A stretch of 31,229 nucleotides of DNA from a virus (taxonomy: Duplodnaviria; Caudoviricetes), in IMG/VR virus record IMGVR_UViG_3300017747_000761, positions 1 to 31,229 of that record. One strand, 5' to 3'. The notes under the pieces are model-generated. The model ran no database searches. It was given only the letters and a program-made list of their open reading frames with translations, and was not told the DNA's origin. Below, in pieces: positions 16,191 through 25,134 of the stretch (position 1 is the first letter of the stretch; every line of letters begins with the position of its first letter). Both the position numbers and the translations under genes were made by a program.

Positions 16191-18158
16191 TTAGAATAAA
16201 AACAAGAAGTTTCCGCCACTAGGGGCTGCGGTAGATGGCACGTAAGTTATGATAATTGCGCCTGGCCCGCCAGCAGCGCCAGCAATACCGGTGCCTACGG
16301 GTGAAACGCCACCACCACTGCCTCCAGCGCCATAGAAACCGGCAGAACCAGTGTTTGCGCTCGCGTTGTTGCCGCCAGCCCCGCCACCGCTACCATTTCC
16401 AAATACCTCAATTCCGTTTCCGCCTAAAATATTTATGCCGCCAACAAGACCGCCGGAGCCGCCACCAGAATGACCACTTGCATTACTCCCGCCGCCACCA
16501 ACGCCAGCAGAGTTATTGCCCCCAGTTCCACCGGTTGCTGATGAAGCATTACCACCAGCAGTTCCGCCGCCATTGCCGCCACCACCACCGCCAGCAATGT
16601 TTCCTGCGGTAGTTGAACCAAAACCAATACCGCCAGCACCACCCACGCCATTAGGCCCGCCAGCACCGCCACCACCGCCACCACCGTAGCCTGTAGATGC
16701 AACAGTGCCAAATGCTCCTCTACCACCAGCGCCACCGTTAAATGTGGTTCCAGTTCCAGCAGTTCCGCCTGTAGATGTTGGGGTAGTCGTTGACTGCCCG
16801 CCACCGCCACCACCAGCGGTGGATGCGCCAGAGTTCCATGAAGTTGTACCACCAGCGTTTCCGTCTACACCAGCAGCGCCTCCAAAACCTATAGTTCCGG
16901 CTTGATACGCAATGCTTGCGCCAACAGTAAGAGACTGGTTTGTCAGCTTTGTATAACCACCACCACCGCCACCACCGCTAGCGGCTCGATTATTACCGGA
17001 AACTTTACCACCACCACCACCACCACCTGATCCAATAAGATGAATGGTGTTAGAGGAATTGTTCCAATCAGATGGAACTGTCCACGTTGCAGTTCCTGTT
17101 GCGTCCGTTAATATAATAACCGCATTAGATGCGCGTTGCGTTGTAAATACGTTGTAACCACCGTTTGGCGCTGTGGCGTTAATGACTGAGTTTGATCCGA
17201 TATACCAAGTATCAGTAGGCGAACCAATCATGTCACGCACATTGAGATAATCAATGTTTGTGAAAAATCCACCGCCAGTTTTGGTGAAAGTTCTTGCGGC
17301 TCCAGGAACGCTACTTTGTATCGTGACTACATTTCCAGACGTTCCTGTAATAGACCAAGTGGCTACACTCATGCCACTGTTTGTCTGTATAGTATGAGCA
17401 ACGGTTTTTGTAGACGCTAATTCGCTAAGTGTTGGATTTCCGTTTACGTTCGTTTGAGAAGTTGATGTATTTCCACCAATAGTTAATTTGTTAAACGTTA
17501 ATGAGCCAGAATTAAAGGTTCTCGTAGTAGTGCTGTTATCAGACAGCAATATATCTGCCGTATTTTTATTAAAAGTAAGATTGGTGGTTGTGCTAGTTGT
17601 CCAGATTGTTCCAGTTCCGGTTAACGTCCACAAACCAGAACCCATCGTAATTGTTCTGGTATTTGTGTTATTTGAATTAAAAGCTGCCGCAGTAAAGTTA
17701 TAGTTATTGGCGTTAAATGTGCCTTGCGTTAGCTGCACCGCACCAGAAGAAACAAAAGAGTCACCAAGCGTTACTGTTATACCTGAACCGCTTACAGTGA
17801 CAGCGCCAAAAGTTTTGCCCGCGCTAGTAATGGTTCCGGTTGCGTTTAGCGTAAGTGTGCCGGTGTAGGAAAACGTCATCCCCGAAACGAGCGTGACGCT
17901 ACCAGATACAGTAATTCCAGCAGTCCCAGTAAGCGTTCCGGTAAAGTTGCCAGAACCGCTTGTGCAGCTAATGCTTTTTGCGCCGGTGTTGCCGGTCGCT
18001 ATGGTGACGGTGTTTGCGCCGGAATTAGCATCAAAATAAACATCATCCGCGCTAGTAGGGATAGCTGCCCCTCCTGTACCACCAGAAGTGGTAGCCCACT
18101 TTGTGCCTGCGGTTCCATCCCAAGAAGCGGTGCCGCCAACCCAATAACGATCAGCCAT
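16191..18158 (-). CDS. glycine-rich fibre / adhesin-like protein
   Basis: MADRYWVGG start, beta-helix-like Thr/Asn/Gly repeats, long polyglycine C-terminal domain and terminal GGNFLFLF. Confidence 0.8.
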   Translation of the reverse strand: MADRYWVGGTASWDGTAGTKWATTSGGTGGAAIPTSADDVYFDANSGANTVTIATGNTGAKSISCTSGSGNFTGTLTGTAGITVSGSVTLVSGMTFSYTGTLTLNATGTITSAGKTFGAVTVSGSGITVTLGDSFVSSGAVQLTQGTFNANNYNFTAAAFNSNNTNTRTITMGSGLWTLTGTGTIWTTSTTTNLTFNKNTADILLSDNSTTTRTFNSGSLTFNKLTIGGNTSTSQTNVNGNPTLSELASTKTVAHTIQTNSGMSVATWSITGTSGNVVTIQSSVPGAARTFTKTGGGFFTNIDYLNVRDMIGSPTDTWYIGSNSVINATAPNGGYNVFTTQRASNAVIILTDATGTATWTVPSDWNNSSNTIHLIGSGGGGGGGKVSGNNRAASGGGGGGGYTKLTNQSLTVGASIAYQAGTIGFGGAAGVDGNAGGTTSWNSGASTAGGGGGGQSTTTPTSTGGTAGTGTTFNGGAGGRGAFGTVASTGYGGGGGGGAGGPNGVGGAGGIGFGSTTAGNIAGGGGGGNGGGTAGGNASSATGGTGGNNSAGVGGGGSNASGHSGGGSGGLVGGINILGGNGIEVFGNGSGGGAGGNNASANTGSAGFYGAGGSGGGVSPVGTGIAGAAGGPGAIIITYVPSTAAPSGGNFLFLF

Positions 18159-18160
18159 TG

Positions 18161-18346
18161 TTATTCTTCTTCGTCAGGTATTGGATTCGGGTTAGGGGGT
18201 GTGTTTTCTATGAAATAAATCCAGTTATCTAGCCTGGCCTGCTTCATAGCATTGATTTCATCTGCGTTAAAATTATGATCGTCAGGAAGATATAACGCAT
18301 CGGCAAACTTGCCGTATTTAGTCTCAAATTGAATGTCTATTTTCAT
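18161..18346 (-). CDS. small fibre-associated protein
   Basis: MKIDIQFETKYGKFADAL...MKQARLDNW, between two fibre genes. Start at 18346. Confidence 0.7.
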   Translation of the reverse strand: MKIDIQFETKYGKFADALYLPDDHNFNADEINAMKQARLDNWIYFIENTPPNPNPIPDEEE

Positions 18347-18351
18347 TGTCT

Positions 18352-20130
18352 TTAGGCTTGGGTGACAACAGCGATAACATCCCAAAATACATCGTTGGAG
18401 TTGTATACGCAGCCAACATAAGTGATTTTTGATGCAACGGTAGTAGTAGGTAACGTCACGCCAACAGCGCGATATGCACCACTTGTAGTCGTCCAGGTAA
18501 TACCACGACCAGTGCCGTTATCTTCAAAACGCAGCATTAATCTTTGACCGTCTGTCGGAGTACCACTGGGCGCAAGCATCGTAATTGCACCAGTCAATCC
18601 AAAGGCGTTGTAAACATCGGTCGTGTCGCCGTTGGGAGTTAAGTTACCACTCGTTGCAGCCGCAGCGACAGCCCTTGAAGTGATCCGCTTGTTAGTAAGC
18701 GTCTGTGTAGTATCAGTGCCGACGAGCGTCGTGGTGGCATCCGGGATCGTGATCGTCTGGTTTGCAGAAAGCGTCGTTGGCGTGATGGTGGCCGCGTAGG
18801 ATGAGGTTCCGCCTGCCCGACCAGCGATGATGACTGCGTCTTGCGTAGCTGCTGGCCTGAACTGACCACTGCCTAATACGTCTAGTTTCTGAGCGGGGGA
18901 GCTAACTCCAATACCGAGATTGCCGGATGAGTTGAGGGTTAGTTGCGTGGAAAATCCAGAACCGTTGCGGACAACAAGCGATCCGGCTGATCCACTGGTA
19001 GATAGGTCAAGGTATAACGTCGTTCCTGATCCAGATTGCCTAATTGCTTGTCCTGCAGGAACGTAATACGAAACAGAACTACCATCTCCGCGAGCAATTA
19101 CTGCTCCTACGACATCTAACTTAGTGCCCGGCGAACTCGTCCCAATACCCAAACCAGTAGTATTAAGGCGCATGCTTTCTGTGCCGCTGACTGACCATAC
19201 AGCTACACCGACCGAATCAATCAAATAACGAGTAGTAAGATTAGTCGCAAAAGTTATTCCGCTTGCGCTACCTGTTGAAAGAGCCAGAGTTCCAGTGGCT
19301 TGATATATCGTATTTGAAGTATCTGCCCCACTAATTCTCAGACCATTTAGAAGCGAATAGCCTCCAGAAACATCTAATTTCTGCGTTGGTGAAGCAGTTC
19401 CGATACCAACCCTGCCACTGCTATCAATCCGCATCGACTCAACACCGCCCTCAGTGAAAGCGATGGTGTCTTCAGCAGGGAAGTAGATACCTGTGTTGGT
19501 ATCTCCGATGTTGTTAATCGACGGAGCGGCAGCAGTGCCATCGTTAACAGATACCGTACCAGTTGGCGGGCCTAATGCGTCAATCTGCGCTTGCAGACTT
19601 GCTAGAGTATCTAATACACCTTGAGATGTACCGCCGCCGTTCGTGATAACTTTGATTCTCTCGGATAACTCCAGAGGCATGACTTCGCCGACGTTGATTT
19701 CCCTACCAGTAGATAGGGCGATAATCAAACTGCCGTCAAAGTCAATCCTGGCGTCTGTTACCGAAACTCCGTCTTCGCCGTCTTTGCCATCTTTACCATT
19801 TAAGCCGTCTTTGCCATTGGCTCCAGCGGGGCCAGGCATTCCGTCTTTTCCGTCACGGCCGTCTTTACCATCGCGGCCGTCTTGACCGTCTTTGATAGAA
19901 GCGACACGCTCAGAGATCTTATTTCCGACTTCGTCATACCGAGACTTGATGTCCGCTTCAATCTTCTGAAGGGCTTGGATAACAACAGAAATATTGCTTT
20001 TGATCAGCTCATTTCGTTGAGCTTTAGATTGCTTGACGGTGTTTTCTACACTTTCGAGAACCTTTATCTGATCTGCGGCAGATAAAGACTCTAAGCCCAT
20101 ATTTTGAACAATGCTTTTAATATCGCTCAT
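18352..20130 (-). CDS. collagen-repeat fibre protein
   Basis: Coiled coil, about 13 Gly-X-Y triplets (GQDGRDGKD...), then three GIG(T/V)xSPxxKLDV repeats. ATGA-coupled to the portal. Confidence 0.8.
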   Translation of the reverse strand: MSDIKSIVQNMGLESLSAADQIKVLESVENTVKQSKAQRNELIKSNISVVIQALQKIEADIKSRYDEVGNKISERVASIKDGQDGRDGKDGRDGKDGMPGPAGANGKDGLNGKDGKDGEDGVSVTDARIDFDGSLIIALSTGREINVGEVMPLELSERIKVITNGGGTSQGVLDTLASLQAQIDALGPPTGTVSVNDGTAAAPSINNIGDTNTGIYFPAEDTIAFTEGGVESMRIDSSGRVGIGTASPTQKLDVSGGYSLLNGLRISGADTSNTIYQATGTLALSTGSASGITFATNLTTRYLIDSVGVAVWSVSGTESMRLNTTGLGIGTSSPGTKLDVVGAVIARGDGSSVSYYVPAGQAIRQSGSGTTLYLDLSTSGSAGSLVVRNGSGFSTQLTLNSSGNLGIGVSSPAQKLDVLGSGQFRPAATQDAVIIAGRAGGTSSYAATITPTTLSANQTITIPDATTTLVGTDTTQTLTNKRITSRAVAAAATSGNLTPNGDTTDVYNAFGLTGAITMLAPSGTPTDGQRLMLRFEDNGTGRGITWTTTSGAYRAVGVTLPTTTVASKITYVGCVYNSNDVFWDVIAVVTQA

Positions 20131-22145
20131 TTTTTCTCGCCAAGTGCAGAAGTCAGTTCGGTCAGAAAGTCGTTCTCAATGTCCAACATACTGTCTTTGG
20201 CTTTGGACATTTGAAGCTCAACGATCTTCGACTTGTTCTTGATGTCAGCTTCTTTAAGCATCAACTCGGCAATCTTGACTCGCTTGTCAAATTCCTTAGA
20301 TGCTTGATCGTCGTTAGTGGGAAGATTCTTCGTGACCGCAGACAGAGTCTTTGCCTCAATTTCTTTCGGCATGAGCTGCGCTTCAACGGCAAGTTTGGTC
20401 GCCTCGGCTCGATTCTGCTCTGCCTGAGTCGTAGACACAGCAATTTGTGCTTGTGCTGCTTGAAGGGCAAGCTGTTCTTTCGCCATCTGAAGCTGTTGCA
20501 TTTCAGGATTCGGCTGAGACATCTGCTCCAGCATTGCAATGAGTTCAAACCGGTTCGGCAGGCTAGAGTTCGACAGAATGCCTTTAAGGATAATCGGAAG
20601 CACTGGAGTATCCGGCCCAAGAGTCTGTAGAAGACCGATAAACTGTTGCTGCTCGTATTCCCTAGCAATAATTCCTAACGTGCCAGTCGGGATAAACTTC
20701 ATATCCACAGACGGGTAGCGTTCAGGGTCGAATTGCATGTACCGATAAGCGGCTTTTTTGATAAACGGAATCAGGAAATCTTCTTGGAAGTTTACAAGAG
20801 TCCGCTTGTATTTCTTGATGATCGTCGCTACAGCAAGAGACAGATTCCCATCCCTGGAGACTTGGGAAACCATCCCCTGAGAATCCAACGTACCTGTAGC
20901 TTGTAAGAGCATCCGCTCAAAGTCTTTAGCGGTAGCAAGACTGTTGGGATCTGTGTTGCCAAACTTGAACGGGAAAATGATCTCTGACGGAGCGCCGTTG
21001 GTCAAAATCGCTTTACCAGGCTTGACCTCAAACTTCATCCCTCTTGGAAGCCTAGTTGCGTCCATCGCAACCATCGGGGAAGTCGTCAACGCTAAAGAAT
21101 CCAGATGGCTACGGACTTGCGCGTCAATAGCCTTCTGCATGTTGTAAGACTTCTCAATCGTCCCACGGCCTAACAGACGGTTAGGAACGGTGTCGTCCTG
21201 GTAAGCAATCACAGGACGGTCTTTCATCATGTACGGCGATTCTTCAGCTTTTAATAGAATGCCATCGTTCGCAATCACAATGATGGCCTCTACTAAATCC
21301 TCGTATTCGTCCTGAATCGAGTCTTCAGGGAACAACTCTACGGTGGATTCTTCTTTCTTCAGGTATTGACGAGGGACTAAACCGTAGTAAGTTAACAGTT
21401 TTACTTTGTCATCTTGATACTGGACTAACTCTTGAGTCGGCTCCAGTCGGTCGTCTTCAGGAGCGGTACCAATCTCTACCTTTTTGTACACACCATCTTC
21501 TTGACCTTTGACGATCTTGTGGATAGAAACATACTTTTCTATCGCTACACCAAGACAGTCGTCAATCGACGTGCCATTTGGGTCGAAAAGGAAGTTTTTA
21601 GGGTTAACCGGGACGATTTTTACGCCAATCCGGTCTTTTTCCACCACGCCAATCGCGGCAACTTGTTGGCCTGGGATTAGTTGGGTAGCGGGTTCAAAGA
21701 CTTTCTCAGTGACTACGGCGATTTCACCAATCCCCGTGCCATAGATTTCAGCCATCAACTCAATCTGGTCGATAGCTTTGCGGATTTTGTCTTGTTTGAA
21801 GTCCTCCATCAATTGAGCTTTAAGCATCTCAACGTCCAGAGGGTTGCCGTTTACGTCTTTGATGTCATCGTCAATGTCAAAGAAGTCGCCCTGGCCGAAA
21901 ATGGCTTCCATAATCTCGGCATGACGCGTTTCAACGGCTTGTTGGGCAGCAGGAGTGATAATCCTGCTACGCTCGGACTCTCTCGTCCGGTCTTCCGCAG
22001 CCCATTCGCCACGGAAAATACGCTCATATTCTTCCCAAGCGTCTAAAAAGTTGGAATTTCGATAATCTCGCCAGCGATCACAGTGATTTACGACAAAAGC
22101 AACTAATTCTTTATCGTTTTCTGACGGTTGCTCGAAATTTTCCAT
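20127..22145 (-). CDS. portal protein (P22-like, with C-terminal coiled-coil barrel)
   Basis: 672 aa directly after TerL. IYGTGIG, VNPKNFLFDP and GRG...MQKAID motifs, Gln/Ala helical tail. Confidence 0.88.
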   Translation of the reverse strand: MENFEQPSENDKELVAFVVNHCDRWRDYRNSNFLDAWEEYERIFRGEWAAEDRTRESERSRIITPAAQQAVETRHAEIMEAIFGQGDFFDIDDDIKDVNGNPLDVEMLKAQLMEDFKQDKIRKAIDQIELMAEIYGTGIGEIAVVTEKVFEPATQLIPGQQVAAIGVVEKDRIGVKIVPVNPKNFLFDPNGTSIDDCLGVAIEKYVSIHKIVKGQEDGVYKKVEIGTAPEDDRLEPTQELVQYQDDKVKLLTYYGLVPRQYLKKEESTVELFPEDSIQDEYEDLVEAIIVIANDGILLKAEESPYMMKDRPVIAYQDDTVPNRLLGRGTIEKSYNMQKAIDAQVRSHLDSLALTTSPMVAMDATRLPRGMKFEVKPGKAILTNGAPSEIIFPFKFGNTDPNSLATAKDFERMLLQATGTLDSQGMVSQVSRDGNLSLAVATIIKKYKRTLVNFQEDFLIPFIKKAAYRYMQFDPERYPSVDMKFIPTGTLGIIAREYEQQQFIGLLQTLGPDTPVLPIILKGILSNSSLPNRFELIAMLEQMSQPNPEMQQLQMAKEQLALQAAQAQIAVSTTQAEQNRAEATKLAVEAQLMPKEIEAKTLSAVTKNLPTNDDQASKEFDKRVKIAELMLKEADIKNKSKIVELQMSKAKDSMLDIENDFLTELTSALGEKK

Positions 22146-22147
22146 GT

Positions 22148-23404
22148 TTACACACCCGCGATAATATCAATCGGTTCCCATTCGTCAGTAGATTCGTCTT
22201 CAAAATACGAAGTAATTGCTAACTGATCTACATAAGATAAGGCATCAGGTAAATCGTCGTGGACTCCCTTTGAAGGAAACATCAATAATTGATCCACAAA
22301 CTCATCAAAATCTTCGTCTTCGTTTAAGACTATCTTCCCATGCTCAAATCGACCTTGTAAAGCCCATACCACTCGGTCAGTTTTCTTCTTGTTTCCATGC
22401 GTTAAATCTTCAATGTGGCAATATACATTATATTTACGCATTAAATCACTTAAATAAGGCAAAACCGCGTTCTTCAACGACCCTCGCTCAATGCCAACCT
22501 TCAAAGGCTTGTAGTCGTTGATACACTTTAGAATGTTAAACGCAGTGTCCTTGATGTCCCAACGGCCATGTTCGATTTTCTTCACGAACCAAGATCCGTC
22601 GTCAGTCACTTTCACAACCGCAATCGCACTCTCATCCAGCTTCTTTCCGGTTCCAGCAGCTTTGGCACTGTCCTCAAATCCAGCCAAGTCACAAGCAATG
22701 TAATAACTACCCACATTCGGTTCTGAACCGTACTTAATCCAGCCCTCTTTAAAGATATCCGTACCACTGTTATCAAACGAAGCCATGTACTCTTGCTTAA
22801 ACGCAAAAGAACTTAAGGTCTTCTTCGCAGCAGCAATTTCTTCAGGCGCTATTAAAGGGTTGTCCTTCGTAGTAAAGTGCCAAGACTTCCATTCCTCATC
22901 CTCACCACTTTGGCCTAACTTAAACAACTCGTAAAACCAATTCCTGCCTTTTGGAGTGCCGATAAATATCGCGCGCCCTCGTTTATCACTTAAAGACGCC
23001 CTAATAACCTGCTCCCAAGCCTCAGGCTTGATATCAGCCACCTCGTCCAAAACCGCGTAGGTTAAAGACACACCCCGCAAAGTATCGGGTCTATCCGCAC
23101 CTCTTACGTAAATCATCGCCCCGTTAATCAAGGTAATGTCCATATTGTTAATATGGCTACCCTGGATCACCCCCCTTCCAATATCTAATAAAACATTCCA
23201 AATAATCTGCCTGGCTTGGCCGTTAGTAGGAGCGACGTACAAAACAGCACTCCCAGGCGGACACCTTAATCCCTCAATTAATAAAGTAGTCGCAGCTAAA
23301 CGAGACTTACCACACCTCCTACCAGCAGCAATAACCTTAAACCGCGTCTTGTCCTGAAAGACCTCTTTTTGCCACGGCAAAAGACTAAAATTAAGGTCAG
23401 CCAA
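22148..23404 (-). CDS. terL: terminase large subunit
   Basis: Walker A AGRRCGKS, Walker B AVLDE, GTPKG coupling motif, nuclease acidic residues (CDLA, HDDLPDA). Probable TTG start at 23404 after a GGAG RBS. Confidence 0.95.
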   Translation of the reverse strand: MADLNFSLLPWQKEVFQDKTRFKVIAAGRRCGKSRLAATTLLIEGLRCPPGSAVLYVAPTNGQARQIIWNVLLDIGRGVIQGSHINNMDITLINGAMIYVRGADRPDTLRGVSLTYAVLDEVADIKPEAWEQVIRASLSDKRGRAIFIGTPKGRNWFYELFKLGQSGEDEEWKSWHFTTKDNPLIAPEEIAAAKKTLSSFAFKQEYMASFDNSGTDIFKEGWIKYGSEPNVGSYYIACDLAGFEDSAKAAGTGKKLDESAIAVVKVTDDGSWFVKKIEHGRWDIKDTAFNILKCINDYKPLKVGIERGSLKNAVLPYLSDLMRKYNVYCHIEDLTHGNKKKTDRVVWALQGRFEHGKIVLNEDEDFDEFVDQLLMFPSKGVHDDLPDALSYVDQLAITSYFEDESTDEWEPIDIIAGV

Positions 23405-23765
23405 CTTTCTCTCCCTCAATAATCTGCGGAGTGTCCAAACCAGTAATGTTAATCGTCACCGCACTCCTTACGCCTTTCTCCTTCTCAAACAAGCTCACAG
23501 GGAGTAATCTATCCATGCATAGCTTAATCATCGCTCCTTGATGAGGGTGTTCATCGTTCATCGCAATCTCTAACGCCTTCTCTACGACTTCCTTCCCCCT
23601 AGAGCTAACCAGCAAATCCTTCAGCTCCTTTAACTTATCACCCTCAGTCTTCAATAAACCAGGATTGTCAGCTACCCTCTGAAGCGTCATCTTCACAGAC
23701 CCCTTAGGTCTGCCACGCTTCTTCGGTAATGAAGACCCAATCTCCGTAATAGTCTCAGTTTCCAT
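23397..23765 (-). CDS. terS: probable terminase small subunit
   Basis: Overlaps the TerL start. KRGRPKGS motif, helical core and C-terminal VTINITG strand. Confidence 0.7.
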   Translation of the reverse strand: METETITEIGSSLPKKRGRPKGSVKMTLQRVADNPGLLKTEGDKLKELKDLLVSSRGKEVVEKALEIAMNDEHPHQGAMIKLCMDRLLPVSLFEKEKGVRSAVTINITGLDTPQIIEGEKVG

Positions 23766-23873
23766 TTCTTCTCGCTAGGGGTGAGATGGCTAAGAATACC
23801 AGATTCGCTTTTTTTGTGGGGCGGGGGCACCTGCAATTTTTCATGTAAGCGCCGACCCCCTCCCCCCCCCTAT

Positions 23874-23889
23874 GTTAGTAAGCGCTAAC
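23874..23889. promoter_or_regulatory. palindromic operator-like site, copy 1
   Basis: GTTAGTAAGCGCTAAC. Related copies at 2608 and 25143. Confidence 0.55.
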
Positions 23890-23912
23890 TTTAGACTCAG
23901 TCCAGTCCTGGC

Positions 23913-23925
23913 GAGAATCATTCTC
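23913..23925. promoter_or_regulatory. Fur-box-like site
   Basis: GAGAAT-C-ATTCTC, a perfect 6-1-6 palindrome matching the Fur core. Confidence 0.6.
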
Positions 23926-24038
23926 ATCTGCCACCGAAACGGCGGGTGACAATAATTGTTGTCACAAAGTGACGCAGATTGTCACGTCGAGCTTAGCCAC
24001 GAACACGCTTTCCCTCTGTAGACTGCGTCCGAATGCGC

Positions 24039-24054
24039 TGGCACGATCCGTGCA
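24039..24054 (+). promoter_or_regulatory. sigma54 (-24/-12) site
   Basis: TGGCACGATCCGTGCA versus consensus TGGCACGNNNNTTGCW, one mismatch. Confidence 0.6.
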
Positions 24055-24113
24055 TGTATTGGAGCGCTGGATGGATGCTGAGACAATTTAACAAAGTCGT
24101 CAAAAAGTTTCGG

Positions 24114-24141
24114 TTGAACAATTCGGCAGGACTGTTAAACT
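24114..24141 (+). promoter_or_regulatory. sigma70 promoter for early cassette
   Basis: TTGAAC-N16-TAAACT with an extended -10 TG. Confidence 0.55.
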
Positions 24142-24186
24142 AATTGCAAGCAATACCGCCGCCGGACGGTTTCCGGCTTTTCAGAG

Positions 24187-24372
24187 ATGGAGCAGACAAT
24201 GAAACTTAAATTGTTCAAGAATGGTAACTGCGCCAGCATGGAGCGCAATGGTTGCTGGTATGTCGTTAAATGTCGCATCGGCGCAGAGTTGCACGACAGG
24301 GTAATGGTTGACGATGCTCGCATGGCGAGAGACTATTACAGAGCCTTTTGCGCCATTGCAAAGCACAAGTAA
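24187..24372 (+). CDS. small early hypothetical protein
   Basis: First ORF after the promoter. GGAG precedes the alternative start MKLKLF at 24199. Confidence 0.65.
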   Translation: MEQTMKLKLFKNGNCASMERNGCWYVVKCRIGAELHDRVMVDDARMARDYYRAFCAIAKHK

Positions 24373-24443
24373 CACTCGACTTGATGCGCCCTTCACCGGG
24401 TGCATCGGGGCGCGTGTTGCGCCTTAACTTAAGGATATCAGAC

Positions 24444-24854
24444 ATGGAAACGACACTTGACCTTACCGCAGACATCATCGACATCCGCGACATCATCGAG
24501 CGCATCGAGGAATTGCGCGATGAGCGCGAACAATCCGACATCCCCGCCAATGAATACGGCGGCCCTGCCGATACCTGGGCCGATGAGCGCGCCGAGCTTG
24601 CCGCGCTGGAAGGCATCATGTCCGAGCTTGCTGGCTGCGGCGGCGATGAGCAATGGCAGGGTGACTGGTACCCGGTGACACTTATCAGCGATTCTTATTT
24701 CGTCGATGCAATGCGCGAGCTTGTGCAGGACATTGGCGATCTGCCGCGCGATATTCCGGCATACCTTGCAATTGATTGGGAAGCTACAGCCAACAATCTG
24801 CGCGCTGATTATTCCTGTGTAGACATTGGCGAGCTTACTTACTGGTATCGTTAA
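24444..24854 (+). CDS. acidic ArdA-like anti-restriction / DNA-mimic protein
   Basis: AAGGA RBS, 136 aa, 33 Asp/Glu versus 9 Arg and no Lys. YLAIDWEATANNLRADY resembles the ArdA C-terminal motif. Confidence 0.65.
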   Translation: METTLDLTADIIDIRDIIERIEELRDEREQSDIPANEYGGPADTWADERAELAALEGIMSELAGCGGDEQWQGDWYPVTLISDSYFVDAMRELVQDIGDLPRDIPAYLAIDWEATANNLRADYSCVDIGELTYWYR

Positions 24855-24939
24855 TATTGCGCCGCAACACGCGACCAGATAAAACCCCGTGTTTTTCGGC
24901 ATTTTCCCCCTTGTGTGCAGTGCAACAAAAGGATTAATC

Positions 24940-25029
24940 ATGAATAAACTACTCGAAACTCTCGCCCACCTGGCCGCTGGAGCCTTGTTCGGCGCCTGGA
25001 TTCTGTGGGCGCTGTGGATCAGCCTATGA
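24940..25029 (+). CDS. hydrophobic micropeptide, 29 aa
   Basis: AAGGA RBS then MNKLLETLAHLAAGALFGAWILWALWISL*. Confidence 0.6.
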   Translation: MNKLLETLAHLAAGALFGAWILWALWISL

Positions 25030-25082
25030 TGGCGCTGATCTCGGCAATCCTGGCGCTGCTGGTCGTGATCCTGCGCGGATAG
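25026..25082 (+). CDS. hydrophobic micropeptide, 18 aa
   Basis: ATGA-coupled MMALISAILALLVVILRG*, ending just before the terminator. Confidence 0.5.
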   Translation: MMALISAILALLVVILRG

Positions 25083-25103
25083 CAGAAAAATATCAACCAA
25101 ATC

Positions 25104-25134
25104 AAAGGGGAGAGCTTCGGCTCTCTCTTTTTTT
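25104..25134 (+). terminator. Rho-independent terminator of early cassette
   Basis: GGGGAGAGC-TTCG-GCTCTCTC followed by T7. Confidence 0.85.

Noticed and set aside
16256-17030. CCA/CCG triplet repeats suggesting a tandem repeat or array
   Set aside because: Explained by polyglycine coding. No repeat-spacer structure, so not CRISPR.
18870-19420. Repeats in the fibre gene as possible diversity-generating retroelement or shufflon
   Set aside because: Repeats are conserved at protein level only. No reverse transcriptase, invertase or adenine-specific mismatch pair was seen.
7676-23404. Alternative genetic code or programmed frameshift
   Set aside because: Genes are full length and tightly coupled under the standard code. 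Apparent gaps are filled by ORFs under 60 aa.
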